Of a stretch of 64,000 bases of DNA, positions 1 to 13,289 are shown piece after piece. Within the stretch, counting starts at the first letter, position 1. Each line of letters begins with the position of its first letter. Below the pieces are notes generated by a model that was given only the letters and a program-made list of their open reading frames with translations, made no database searches and was not told where the DNA came from. Position numbers and translations under genes: made by a program. The DNA comes from Takakia lepidozioides (taxonomy: Eukaryota; Plantae; Bryophyta), in the NCBI GenBank assembly GCA_030704615.1, contig CM060733.1:39804001-39868000 (forward strand). The letters run 5' to 3'.

Positions 1-16
1 GCGCCTAAACTCGTTT

Positions 17-1928
17 TTGAAGGCCAAGAGGTCGATGTACGAGGGTGTTCTCACCAAGCACGGTCTCCTGCCGCGCAAAAACTCACGCCCACATAAGGTG
101 GAGGTGGATAAGGTGAATAGCGGTCATGACGAATCCTTCGAGCCACCATCGAAGGTGCGGAAGATGCACTTGCGGCTACAAAAGAATGTGGGACAGTCTG
201 CTCAGCCAGGGGAGTCCACCATTGCAGAGGACACAGTCGACCTGCAAGAGAAACAGACGACATCTAGGGGAGACGGACCGAACAAACCGAACGGCGAAGC
301 GAACAGTCACGATAGTTTTGCTCCAACTCCCCAGGATTTGCTACACACAAGTTCTCTTCGACATCTCACTAGAGAGGAGGCCGGACAGGCATTTCAAGCG
401 GCTTCTTTGAAAATACAGTCTGATGTAGTTCTTCCACCCAAACCAGTTTCTGTTTCACGCCCAGGTCTTAGTTACCTCATGGAGTTCAATTTGTTGCCTC
501 CTGGGTTCGCTTCGCCGGAGGACCCTGAGTTTTTGCAAAGTCTTGTGGACCTTGCGGGGAGCCCCGATTTCCCTGACAGTATGATGGGTGCTGCCTACGG
601 TAGATGGTTCGTCAAACGCATGGTATTTCCCCTTCTGACCCTCACACATTACTGCCTGCACTATTTTTCTGTCATGCTTATGGACATTCATGCCAACCCA
701 TACATCGAGTGTGCTATGGATACTTATACTGCGATTGTATCCAATGGATTTTTCACTACACCCTGCCTCTTCCACCCACATGTTTGGAATGCTGCTGACT
801 TCAGTGCTACTTTATTCTCCAAGCAGGCTGCATTGTGAATATGTGTGTTTGCAAAGCAGGATCCAAATTGGGACTGTTTTCATTGTATTGTATTCCTGGA
901 AATTGGACATGAAGCATTTGTTTGCATCCATAGCATAGTGGTTTACGGTGCATACTTTATTTCCTTCATTGCCATTCATTGTATTCTGTTCCATGCTAAT
1001 GTGGAGTCCTTTGGCGCATGCTGTGGTGGCAGCACGGTGGACCTCCCCAAGAGGGGAAGCTTCTGAAGAAGACATTAAATTTGTTTGCCATACGTCCTGG
1101 TTTCACTCCCGACCATGCGGGCCGATATGGTGAGTTCGTGGCTGTTATCAAATATAACAAATACAGGGCTGCTCTCAAGGATTATGAAGTGAAGGAGGTT
1201 GCAGCTCTGTCTGCGTTGGAGGCTCGAAGACGTCAGTATGTGGAGGCTGGCATGGCAAAATGGGAGCGGCTAATACATGATGAAATACACGAGGCTAAAT
1301 GGGGCTGGTCCCCCTTGTTCAGAATTATCAAGATGGGTGAGTTCCCACAGATGCCTAATATTTTCACTCATTCGAAACAAGAAGCCCACATGTTCATGGA
1401 GCTTTTTCATCCTCAACAAATCTGGAACAGGTCCCTAAAGTGCCATATTTCATGCGAGTTTTGCGCCTCATTTGGATGTGCCACGTTGACGTGTCCATTC
1501 CCCTGTCCACACCCAAAAACAATATGTTAGATGATATCCTTGAGCAACTTTTGTACACCTGCAAGGGTAAGCATGCGATTAGAAATGCTGCTGGGAATTC
1601 CATGACATTTGGACAGTTACTGTATGGTGGCATGCCCCCGTTCGAGGATGTGAAGAGGGGTGTGCTCCAAAGTGCACATGACCTTGTGGACTGAGAGGAG
1701 GAGGACCGACTGCGTGTACTGGATTCCATCCATGACTTCATGCAACAAGTCAGATACAGGGCTGTGCGGGACCTTGCCATTCTAAATCCTACTTCCTTTG
1801 AGGTCTTGTGGTCTGGGGTGGGACAGCCAGGACAGGGAGTTGATGAGGCCCTCCAGGATTTCAGTGCCACGTTGAGGTTGCGCGAGGATCTTGACATGGG
1901 TTGGATTGGTCGGGATTCGGGTATGTGA
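17..1928 (+). pseudogene. Fragmented ORF chain of unknown function, probably a TE accessory gene
   Basis: Successive + ORFs (17-838, 1018-1530, 1440-1694, 1740-1928) with a charged low-complexity N-terminus, broken by stops, frameshifts or possible introns. No family recognised. Confidence 0.3.
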
Positions 1929-2189
1929 AAGGTCATCCTTTGCAAGGTGGTCATTGCAATGTTACTGTTTTTACAATCTGTTCTGTGAACTTATAATTCT
2001 GTGTACTCTTTTGAAATGGAAGACGTGCTCAGTTCTATGCCACTTGGAGTTGTGCAGGCTCTCTTGATTACAGTGACTCACGTGTGACCAAGGCGTTGCA
2101 ATGTGCGCACAAATCTGCAGATGCTGTTGTGCATGCTAGGCGGGGGTGCTACAAAGAACGCACTGGTCATGGTACTGGAAAGAAGGGGT

Positions 2190-2595
2190 AACACTGTCGT
2201 CAGCCTGCTACCATCTATGGTTGTGAGTTCTGGGCACCTGGTGTCCCTGTCTCCTGGTGGGAAAAGAATTTGGAACCATTACAGTCATCTTTTCTCCAAG
2301 CAATGCTTGGCGCCAGGAGCACAACTCCATCTCAGATCCTAGGTGCAGAGTTCGCATGTGTACCATTGCAATCTGAGGCCCTCTTCCGGCTTACAATCTT
2401 TCTCCATAGATTACAGGCCCTTCCACCCAAGGGGCTCGTGGCAAGGGCCCTCACAACATCTATGAGGCTCAAAGCTGCAGGTTTCAGGAACTCCTGGTGT
2501 GCTCGAGTGGACAGTTTATTTCAACATAACGGACTTTCTACTGCTTTCCTATTACCAGTGAATCCAGATGAGGTGGACATCACATCCAGACATGA
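2190..2595 (+). mobile_element. Non-LTR retrotransposon (RTE/RTEX-like) fragment, post-RT thumb region
   Basis: Translates ..AIYGCEFWAP..NLEPLQSSFLQAMLGARSTTPSQILGAEFACVPL, matching the YGCE.W / FL..LG...STP...L.E thumb pattern. Confidence 0.7.
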
Positions 2596-3040
2596 GTGGC
2601 TGCAAAGTGAAACTTGGGGGAGTGGATAATCAGACCCAGGTACCGTTATGATTTCACAATCTCAATTTCCTGCTGGTTGAAGATGAATCTACAATCAGCC
2701 TGGCCATTGAAGACCATGATCTTGGTCTTGCTAAGATTGACTTGCATCCCATAGTCTTTGCAGAACTGTTCCAAAATTTTGAGATGGCGTTGCAGGAAGA
2801 CCGGGGATTGTGCCAAAAGGGCAACATCATCAGCGTAGAGGAGATCTGATTGTGTTGGTCCCCCATCCAATGGTACCCCAACCCCATGGTTCTTTGATAT
2901 GTAATTCTCCAAGGCGTCAATGTTGATCCCGAACAGGGTAGGTGAAAGGGGCAGCCCTGTTTGACTCCAATGTTGCTGTGGACCTCGGCTGAGAATTCAC
3001 CAGCGACGTTGACCATGCCAGTGACAATCTCATACATAGA
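2596..3040 (-). mobile_element. Non-LTR retrotransposon reverse transcriptase core, frameshifted
   Basis: Motifs GVKQGCP, LLYADDVALLA, GMQVNLSKTKIMVF and EIVKS*RYLG on the minus strand. Confidence 0.9.
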
Positions 3041-4254
3041 AGAGATGGCACAAAGGAGAAAGGCGGCTATTGCATTCGCTCCACTGTTCAGAGAGACAAG
3101 GAGTACAACACAGTAGAACCACAGAGAAGACAGCATACCAGAGCGTACATCATCTGAGATCTTGCCTTGGGCTTCAACTTGCTTCACAATCATGCAGTAA
3201 ATACAACCATGGCCCCTGCGGGTAGCTCGTCTTGTCCACCAGTTGCAGCAGCTCATAACTGCATCATCCTCACAGTTCCTCTATGAGGAATCAAGTAAAC
3301 CATCCACCTAACCTAACATAAGTCAGCCTCCACCCTGTCCTCTGCCTATCGGTGCCAAGTTCTCCAATTTGCAGAAGTGCCTAGTTTGCAGGACAAAGAG
3401 GTATACTGTGGGATGGGGGATGTCACATTTTCCTTCATACCAGATGATAAAAACAGCTGTGTAATCACTTTCATTTTTGGCTATGGGATTGATTCCACTA
3501 CTGCAAAGTCATGGAGATCACCCCACAAGAGGTCCTTTGGATTCAAGGTTGATTGAATCCTAGCTGTGAGAACGTAGCTGTGAGATGTTACTGCACAGGC
3601 AAATATCCAAAAACAGAAAATCAAGATGTGATAGGCATTGGAAGGAGTATTTTCGGACCCCCGTGAGTGGTGTGACAATCGAAGCGAGAAAATGAATGGC
3701 TGTTATGTCATACAGAGAAATTGTCATGCCCAGATTGCGCAATGGATCACCCCCCTCTATCCCACAGGGGATAGAAATATCGCCGCGTTGCTGAATGCTG
3801 CTGAAATGTAGCCCTGAATGCCTGCTTTCCAACAACCCTTCGCTTGAGATCTACGAATTTTTGGAGCAACTTCCACGAGCTTCCTGGGGTGTAGGCTTGT
3901 TTTGGCAAAACAAGTGAGCGCTTCATGATTGTACTAGACTGATATTTAAGGTCTGGGCGGGAAGCCCACGTTTGAAACGATTGCAAAGCGGAAGAGGAGA
4001 TTGATGTGCGGGGACTCGGGAGCCTGAAGAAGATGACCATTTACAGTAATCAAACCAAGGAATTAGAGTATTAGCCATGACTGGACTTTGGACATCCAAG
4101 ACCGAAACACAAACACATAGATTACATACTCTCCCCCTATCTCCAACGGGGTGCATTGCAGCCAATGTTCGTAGGGGGTTGTTCAAGTGGTCCATCTCTC
4201 CTGTTGAGCAATATGTATGCAATCACCTATCTACTACATTGAGAGAGAGACACA

Positions 4255-4945
4255 CAGAAATTAAATGAAATGAAATGGTGCTTCATATCATCCGCGGAAA
4301 GCTCAGAGCTTATTGGACAAAATGGAAGAAAACTTGAGAGAGGGAAGAAAACCAAAGCCAAGAATAGGAATTATTGTTCGAGTGACTGTCTAAGGGTGAA
4401 GGCCTCGTACAGAAATGAAATGAAATGAAATGGTGCTTTATAACGTGCGCGGAAAGCTCAAAGAGCTTATGGGACAAAATGGAAGAACACGAGAGAGGAA
4501 CAAATCCAGAAACCACAATTAATGATCTAGCGATTGTCTAAGGGTGAAGGCCTCGTGCAGGTAGGCTGCCAAGCATTTTTTATCCTCATAGTGAAAGACA
4601 TCAGTGAGAGTTTGGGTTCCACTGAATAAACAGTGGAATCTCCCACGGATCTCGTAGTATAGAGGGCAGTAGAAGAAGAAGTGTTCTTCAGTTTCAATTT
4701 CCTTGCTGCGCCCTATGCAAAGCTGGACATAGGCGGTCCTCCCGTTGCAGGTTATCCCATCTGCCAGTCTCTATCCGTAGGTTGTGGGAACCCACCCTGA
4801 ACCGCCCCAATGCCCTCAGGAGGGAAGGAGATAAGGATGCTGAAAGGTAACTTGGTCTCAAGATTCTATCATCGCGGAGCACCAAGAATGTCTCTCGATA
4901 GAAGTGGAGCCTTGTCGTGAGATTGGGTAGCTTCCAAGGTGCAGA
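4255..4945 (-). mobile_element. 3' end of an RTE/RTEX-like LINE with CCHC finger and (TTTCA)n tail; 3' UTR partly duplicated at ~4255-4410
   Basis: RFRVGSHNLRIETGRW..REDRLCP...TEEHFFFYCPLY on the minus strand. GAAAT repeats at ~4412-4432 and ~4263-4276 with similar adjacent sequence. Confidence 0.8.
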
Positions 4946-5779
4946 TTTGAAAGGCTTTCTTGCAAATGATAAGTAGGGTTGAGGTATTTGTTAGAACAAT
5001 TTATGCCGGCTGCTAGCGAAGGGAGGATCTATATACATTTTTGTTGCCCAGCCAGAGATCGCTGAAGGAGCAGGGATAGGGTGTCCTTTCTCTTATCTTT
5101 TATTGTGTGACTGACTTAGAAGAGTACTCTGGCTGAATTCTGTGTTGACAGGCATATGTGACTCAAACAGATATGACCTCATAGGTACATCGACACTAAA
5201 AGAAATCTTTACTATTCATGAATATTTGAATACATTTCCACTGAGAATGGATCATTGTCTACAAGCTTGTTGTCACATTGCAGATGGAGATCTGCTATTG
5301 TCATCAGTTTGGGTGACTTAAAACCCTGCATCACACGATGGTAGTCCAGTGAAGGGGGATGTGGGTACACCATTGTGGGACCATTCATGTTTTTCAGGGT
5401 CACTGTTGAGCATGCTTTACAGGAACCACCCTTGGAGGAGGCCTGTACAAGACCTCACAGAGCTCACAAAAGATAAAGAGGTTCAGGCTGTAGCTGTTTT
5501 CAGAAGGCCAATACCGAGATTAGCAAAAAAAGTGAATCTTGTAATACCTGCAAGGCCCACAAAACCACCAGTTGATGAAGCAACTATCAAACCCATTTCA
5601 TCAAGCAGAAAAGAGTTTGCTGTACCAGAGGGCATACAAACCTCAGAAAGGGAGAGAATTCCCTTTTGTATGGTCGCTTTGCAGGGGAATCGAAAATTCC
5701 CTTCTTACTTTTACGGCCGCATATTCCATGTTGGTTTGGTCATGCCGAACCGACCAGTGGAAGCATCAATTCCTCATTC

Positions 5780-6230
5780 TTCACGTTGAATTCTGCGAGG
5801 GTGGTCGGTGGGTGGATCTACTGTGGTGGCTTGGAGTGCAAGCTGCTTGGGAGGGTGGAGGCTGTGGCTGCTAAGCTGCTCCGGCCTGGTCGTCTTTGTA
5901 GACCACTCCCAAATCTCCACAGTACAGACACAGAGCATGTGTATGTTTGGGCATGTTCTTTTGTTCGTCATTGTGGTGGAGCCCAGAGTGACTTGCATGA
6001 ATGGTGTGGAAAGCTTACTAGGCACTCCTCCATCTTAGTGTAAAATCTATGGACCGTGGTAGTTCTCCGCACAGACCAATCCCAGATCACCTGACTACAG
6101 AGACAAGCAGCAGACGAAAGAGTTCCGTTTGGGTTGCAAACTGGTTGAATCCTCCATGGTTGGTCAACAGAAATTCTAGCTGCTTTCATGGCACAAGGTC
6201 AAGGATCACAATGTGGTGGAGTGTGGCCTA
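5780..6230 (+). pseudogene. Diverged fragment of the PDF-motif gene family
   Basis: cag|ACCAATCCCAGATCACCTGACTAC reads TNPRSPDY..VWVANWLNPPW. Nucleotide similarity to copies at 18270, 53850 and 54290. Confidence 0.5.
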
Positions 6231-6610
6231 GTTAGCACATCTGCTTCTGACGATCAGAGCCGTCTACAAAGAGATGGAGAGGCGCTTAACTACTCTTCAA
6301 TGATCTATGCCGCAAAGGAACTTGGAGAACTTCTCCAGGGGGTTCTTCTCTCTCCAGAGCAAAAATTCTTTTATATAAAATAGCTGAAACGCACCAACAT
6401 CCTTGAAATCTGCAAATCTGCGACTTGGAGCAGCTAAAACAGATTCCGATTCCCCTAGTAAATCACCCTCGATTTTGGATGATAGGTCAACTATGAAGGA
6501 TTCAAAAGATGGACCTAATCAACCAAATTTGCAGTGCTCTCGAGCACAGTCGGCGTCCGACCTCATCAGTACACATTAAATCTGCAAAAATACTGCTCGG
6601 TTCGCTTCTG

Positions 6611-7560
6611 CTACATATAAGTAGACCAGGGCTTCCCATCCAGCCAGTCAAACATCTCACCCTTCTTCTCACTCGTGGTAGCGTGTAATGCATAAGCCAC
6701 TCTGAGCTCGCCTTCCACTGCCCTCAACCAGAGCACATCACCATGTTTGTCCACGGGCAGAACATTTGATTCCTCAATCCGCTTCATTACGTCCTCTGAC
6801 TGCGCTGTGTTCAAGAAACCCTGGGAATCCAAGTATCCATTTTGCTGAATTGCAGAGAATATGTTTTGCGATATATCCGAGGTCAATCCGGGGATACGTT
6901 CCGAGAAAAAACCTGGCTCAGTGACAGGCCTCGGAAAGCACGTGGTGTCTGTGCAGGGCACCCCTTTACGATTCAATGCCTCCATATCAGACCACCGCCA
7001 CAACGTTCTTTGTGTCTCGGGCCATGTGAACGAATATAACGGGTGGATAATAATTCGTGGCAGGTAGAATGTTCATCACATCAGCGTCCACGACGCTGAT
7101 CATGATGGCCAGGGAGTAGATCTTCAGCTGAAGGGCGACGATGGAGACAAACAAGCCCCCTACTGAAGCTCCAAAAGCAGACAGGGGAAGAGATTCTAGC
7201 CCATGACGCTGTCGCCAGGATGCGAGAATGGAGATCACATTGCTGAGGTCAACATTGGTTTCCAATGGAAACTGCATATAACCGTAGCCCACACTCTTGA
7301 TGGCAATCACAGCGTACCCGCGCTCCAGAGCTTCCAGTACGATAACGCGCTGCTCAGGCAGCCCAGACAGGGCAGTTGGGATGCCAATCGAAAAAGTCCG
7401 TAGATGTACCGCCTCCAGAATGCGCAATGAAAAGCACTGCGCTTGGGGTGGGCGGTATTTGCCAGACCACATCGACCCCCTCCATGACTTCCCATGTGGG
7501 TGACATGCCGACCTGCAATGCTCTGCTTTCTGCAGATTCCAGCGAGAGGCTTGACTCATC
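6611..7560 (-). pseudogene. Plant alpha/beta-hydrolase-fold protein, two frameshifts
   Basis: VVWQIPPTPSAVLFIAH, GLPEQRVIVLEAL, nucleophile elbow GASVGG, YPPVIFVHM, ERIPGL and ELRVAYALH, spread over three frames with breaks near 7370 and 6985. Confidence 0.8.
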
Positions 7561-10500
7561 CCTCACATGACTTCGGGCATTGGAATATTGCTCTGCATTG
7601 GCAAAGCACGCAGTGAAACGAAGCCATCTTCCCACAGCCATGGGTTGGTCAAAGGCGTTGTCGCTGTGAGCTTGACAGCAACCGCTCATATGTCTAAAGT
7701 CTCAGGACCCAACTGAGCAAGTGCGGGCAGGTCATCGCTCCCTCTCTAATAAGGTGGTAGCAGCAGCTACATCCATCTGCTTCGTGCATGGGGATAGAAG
7801 TTGACAGCGAAGTTCGCGCACCCACCTTCTGCCAAGCCAAGCAATCCAAGCGAGGCATCGCTGTCATGCAATAAACTACATGCGATCCATTATGATGATA
7901 TGCTTGTACTTAATGTTTTTCGACGGGATGCAACTTTTTGTGTATTACTCCGATGGAGGTAACCTTAAAAGACAAAATGTAGTCCTGAATGTCTCTTTCC
8001 AACGACCCTTCGCTTGAGATTTCACGAGCGGTAGGCTTGTTTTGGCAAAAGACGACAAATGGCTACTTGTAGTATTCATCAAATGGATACTTGGATCCAT
8101 TCATGAGTGTTGTAGTAGACTGGTATTTAAAGTATGGGCGGGAAGCCCACGTTTGAAACGATTGCAAAGCGGAAGAGGAGATTGATGTGCGGGGAGGCTG
8201 AAGACACTATCAATTTTCTGATCAATTTTGTCCGGGATATTCTCACCAGAGAGTGACCCTTTTCAGGACCATCAAGAACACTGTTCCCGCACCTCTCTTC
8301 ACCAACTTTGAGAATCTCAAGGCTGAGCCTGAAGCCCTGGCCTTGTTGGGGTCTGATTTGGCAGCTCACACACAGCAAGATGATGCTTGAGTCATCCCAA
8401 GCATCAACTACTCCTTGTTGGTCAATCCTCTTTCTCATCTGAGTGTCCGTCTGCTTTCGAAATTCAGGCAGATGACCATTTACAGTAATCAAATCAAGGA
8501 ATTCTAAAGAGTATTAGTGTTGATGCACACTAAATAGAAGATAGCAATGTATCACACACTGACATGCGTCTGCTTCAGCAAATAAAGAAACTACGCACGC
8601 AGACTACAAAGGTCCAAGAACAGAAAGATTACTAGCCAAAAAAACGACAAAGTACTTGCCCAGTTCAAACTATAAGTAGTAACTAGGCGGAACCACATTC
8701 ACACACTAGTGTGACATGTGTCAGTATGATAATCATCAGCTAATGTAATTCACGTGAATCATACTACAGCTGTGTTCAGTGACCGTCCTGAACTAATGAC
8801 ATCCAAGACCGACACACAAACACATAGATTACATGCTCTATTGAGTATTGGGAACAGCAAACTAGTTCTTGGGAACAGTGAGATTTGAACTATGCAATTG
8901 CCCGCCAAAAGTACTATGACATATAATGTGTGATGGTTCCCTGTGCGTATTGATTTTTAGTTGCAGAGCAGGAACACGTTGTATGGGCAGGAACGCGTTG
9001 TATGACACTATATGCAAAAAATGAAATGAGAGTGGAATCTGAGAGCATTGAATGGTGATTGCATGTATGATCAGATATAAATATGTAGTATAACAGCGTT
9101 CATTGAAAAGTGAAAGTCAATAGGTTATGGGCCTTATCTTCATGTTGGTTATCCGCTGCAAACAAAGAATCTGCTGAGAGTTTGTTTGTTCATTGCTTGT
9201 AGTCAGTTTAGTCAAAGAGACGTATGTTTTTCTTTGTTTTTGTTTTTGCAGTACCAGACATGGATAGCAAAGATTTTTGTAACGTCAAAAAGTTCAATGG
9301 CCACAACTTTCAGATATGGAAGTATCAAATGGAATCAGTCCTGTCCGGTCGAGACTTCATGGATATTGTCAAAAGGTCTTGAACCGTTATCAGAAGCAGC
9401 CGACGCAATTGTTTGGCACCGTAAAGATATGAAGGCCAGAAGTGTTTTGACGCAAACAATTGATGATAAGCTTCTCGTCCAATTGTTGAATTGCAGAACC
9501 TTAGCTCAGATTTGGTCACGCTTGATTCTTATCCATGAGCAGAAGTCCCACTAAGGACATTTATCATTTACAACAACAATTTTATGAGTGCAAGATGTCT
9601 CCAGGACAGAGATATGGCTTCTTTCCTTGGTGAAGTAGACACCATAGTCTGTCAACTTAAAGATCTAGATACTGCTTTTGATGAGAGCGCCGTCATGGCC
9701 AAGCTTATCTGCAATCTACCACCAGAATATGACAATCTCATCACAGCTTGGGATAACGTTGCCGGGGAGCAACGCAATCTTGATAATCTTTCTTTGAGGT
9801 TGCTAAAAGAAGAAACCAAATTAAAGAGACGAATGGAGCAGCAAAACTTCTACGGACACCCAAGCATTCTATACCAAGCCAACTGCGACCACAACTGTCA
9901 AGTCACAAACGCATCAACAATTGCATCAGCAACCAGTTGGAAGCAGTGGGAGTTTTCCTACTCAATGGCAACGACAACCGTCTGGATCTTATTCAATTCA
10001 GTGGAAACCTGCAACTGTTTCAAACAGTGGGAGTAATTGGCACCGAACGTTGCATGGAGAGGGCCACCTTCAACCCATACTGCTTGGTGGCCACCGCTCA
10101 CCTACGAGCAACGTCAAGAAAGATCTATTATGATTGCAGAGCGCAAGAAGATTACCTGTTGCAACAATTGTGGTAAGAAAGGTCATTGGGCCAGAGAATG
10201 CCCTGACCCGCCCAAACAATTTCAGAACATTGGTCAGTCTTCACATAGTACTACCAGTCCAAGAGCATGGACCATAACTTGTTCTGGTGCGGTGCAACTC
10301 ATTACATGACCTGCCGTAGAGAGTGGTTTACCAAGTTTACTCCTATGGCCGAAGGACAATGGCCCGTTGAGGCTGCTTTTGCAGATGTTTATGTCACAGG
10401 ACGCGGTGATATTGATATCATAGTCAACAACAATCACTAGAAGAGAAACCGGCTTTTTCCACGGCTTTGCCATCTCACACCTGGCACATTCCACGGCTTT

Positions 10501-11129
10501 TATCACGGGTCTGTAGACTAAGCCAAGGTGTGGGTCTAAATATGCCCTAACTGTGGGGTGTCTCACATGTGGTCCACACCCTAGGCAAGAACGGTGTGAA
10601 AACAGCCATGACCGTGGTAGGGGTTGGCTTAGTTTACATGACATGTTACACACCTGTGTGAAATGGGACCATACAATTATTTCCACTGATTGTGGTGTAT
10701 GGGTTTAGTTAGTACTCCGCTGCAAATGGAATAAATCATGAACTTCAGATTTATGCCCTCGGAAAGACGAAGAGGTGGTCGTCGCACTTTGCAATGTAAA
10801 CCGAATGCAATGCAAGCTTAACAGTCCTCATATTATGATTGAAGGGAGTCAAATTAAGTGTGACCATATCAGTGCAGGGACATAAATATGAATCATTCAA
10901 CATTGTAAAATGAAAACAGGGTAGAGCTAGTACATGGTACCTTTAAAACTTGTTGCAGAGTGCAAAAGGTTTAAAGATCAAAGTGCAAAAGGTTTAAATT
11001 TTTTTGCAAAAGTTGCTTGCAGGGTTTGCAAAAGGTTAAGTTTTTTAAAAAGTTGCCCATCCCGGTAGCTGTGAACAGAGGGTTGGGACTTAGAGCGAGC
11101 GAGCAGGAGGGAGAGAGAGAGGGCTGGGA

Positions 11130-13230
11130 CCAATGAGGAATTTCAGCAGATTTAGATAAGTATGTCTGTCTCTTGCTTAAGTGCATCAAGAGGAAAGGTT
11201 TGGAAGCTGGAAAGCAGGTGCACACTCACATTATGATCCAAAGTGGACTCACGCCAACTGTTTTTCTCCTCAACACCCTTGTCAACCTGTATGTTAAGTG
11301 CGGGAGCATCATGAATGCTCACCAAGTTTTCAACAGAATGCCTCAACGATCTTTGATCTCATGGAATACAATGCTGGAAGGATTTACCACGCGTGGGTGT
11401 TTGTGTTTGCAAAAGCGTGTGCAAGCCTGGGACCTCTGGAAAATGGGGGAAAGGGGGCACCTTCTGCAATAGCACAGCGGCTACAAGTGGGTAGATGGTC
11501 AATTGAAAACAGCAGCGGCAGCAGCACATTGATAGAACAAGGCACTAGCTAGGATCAATAGCTACAAGAAACCTGCATGGGTAGATGGTCAACTAAAGGC
11601 AGCAGCTGCAATGTCACAGTTGATAAAATCAAGCACCTCAACCAAGACCACAGCTTCTGGAAGAGGATCAAGAGAGGGAGTCCACAAGCCTCTTCTGGCA
11701 CTTCTGGGCATGTGAAGATGCCTTGTGAGGCACGCAGACTGAAAGAGGCTCTATAGACTTTAATTTAAACCAAAGAGGCATTTCAGCAGATTCAGAAACG
11801 CATGTCTGTCTCTTGCATAAGTGCATCAAGGTGAAAGGCCTGGAAGTTGGAAAGCAGGTGCACACTTACATTATCCAAAGTGGATTCACGCCAAATGTTT
11901 TTCTCCTCCACACCCTTGTCAACATGTATGTTAAGTGCGGGAGCATCATGGATGCTCACCAAGTGTTCAACAGAATGCCTCAACGATCTTTGATCACGTG
12001 GAATATCATGTTGGCAGGATTTACCAAGCATGCGTGTGGTAGGAATGCTTTGGAGACCTATGAGCAAATGATGGGGGAAGCGATTTAGCCCAACCACATC
12101 ACGTTTGTAGCGTTTGCAGTGCGTGTGCAAGCCTGGCAGCCCTGGAAAAGGGCAAAGAGGTGCATGGCGACATCGTGAGAGCTGGAATCCTACCAGATGT
12201 CATCCTGAATACTGCCCTGGTGGACATGTATGCCAAATGTGGGTGCATCGAGGATGCAAAGGGAGTGTTCGACAATATGGCTGAACGAAATGTGGTGTCG
12301 TGGAGTGCGATGCTCGCAGGATATGCACAGTAGGGGCGCGGGATGGAGGCTTTGGAGACCTATGAGCAAATGATGGGGGAAGGGGTGAAGCCCAACCACA
12401 TCACGTTTGTGTGCGTTTGCAGTGCGTGTGCAAGCCTGACAGCCTTGCAAAAGGCATAGAGGTGCATGGCGACATCGTTAGAGCTAGAATCGTACCAGAT
12501 GTGATCCTGATTAATACCCTAGTGGACATGTATGCCAAATGTGGGAGCATCGAGCATGCAAAGGGAGTGTTCGACAATATGGCTGAACAAGATGTGGTGT
12601 TGTGGAGTGCGATGATTGCAGGATATGCACAACAAGGGCGCGGGATGGAGGTTTTGGAGACCTATGAGCAAATGATCTGCGAAGGGGTGAAGCCCAACCA
12701 TGTCACATTTGTGTGCGTTTGCAAGCCTGGCAGCCCTGGAAAAGGGCAAAGAGGTCCATGGTGACATTGTCAAAGCTGGAATTGTACCCAATGTCATTCT
12801 GAACTCTGCCCTAGTGGACATGTATGCCAAATGTGGGAGCATTGAGGATGCAAAGGGATTGTTCAACACTATGGCTGAACGAGATGTGGTGTCGTGGAAC
12901 ACGATGCTTGCAGGGTATACACAATAGGGGCGCGAGATGGAGGCCTTGGAGACGTATGAGCAATTGATGGGGGAAGGGGTGAAATGCAACCACATCACGT
13001 TTTGTGTGCATTCGCAATGCTTGTGCAAGCCTAGCAGCCCTGGAAAAGGGCAAAGAGGTGCATGGTGACATCGCCAAAGCTGGAATTGTACCAGATGTGA
13101 TTCTGAACAATACCCTCGTGGACTTTTATGCCAAATGTGGGTCCATCGAGGATGCAAAGGCAGTGTTTGATAAGATGGCTGCACATTCATGGGATGGAGG
13201 CTTTGGATACCTATGAGCAGATGATGGGCA
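11130..13230 (+). pseudogene. PLS-class PPR pseudogene (tandem P-L-S triplets)
   Basis: Repeated LNTALVDMYAKCGSIEDAKGVFDNMAER.VVSW, ALETYEQM..EGVKPNHITFV and ACASLAALEKGKEVH; TAG stops and frameshifts; no E or DYW domain seen. Confidence 0.92.
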
Positions 13231-13289
13231 AAGGGCGACAGTTTGGAGGCTGTGATGGCTGCATATGTGTGGGGGAAAAGAAGCGAAGG

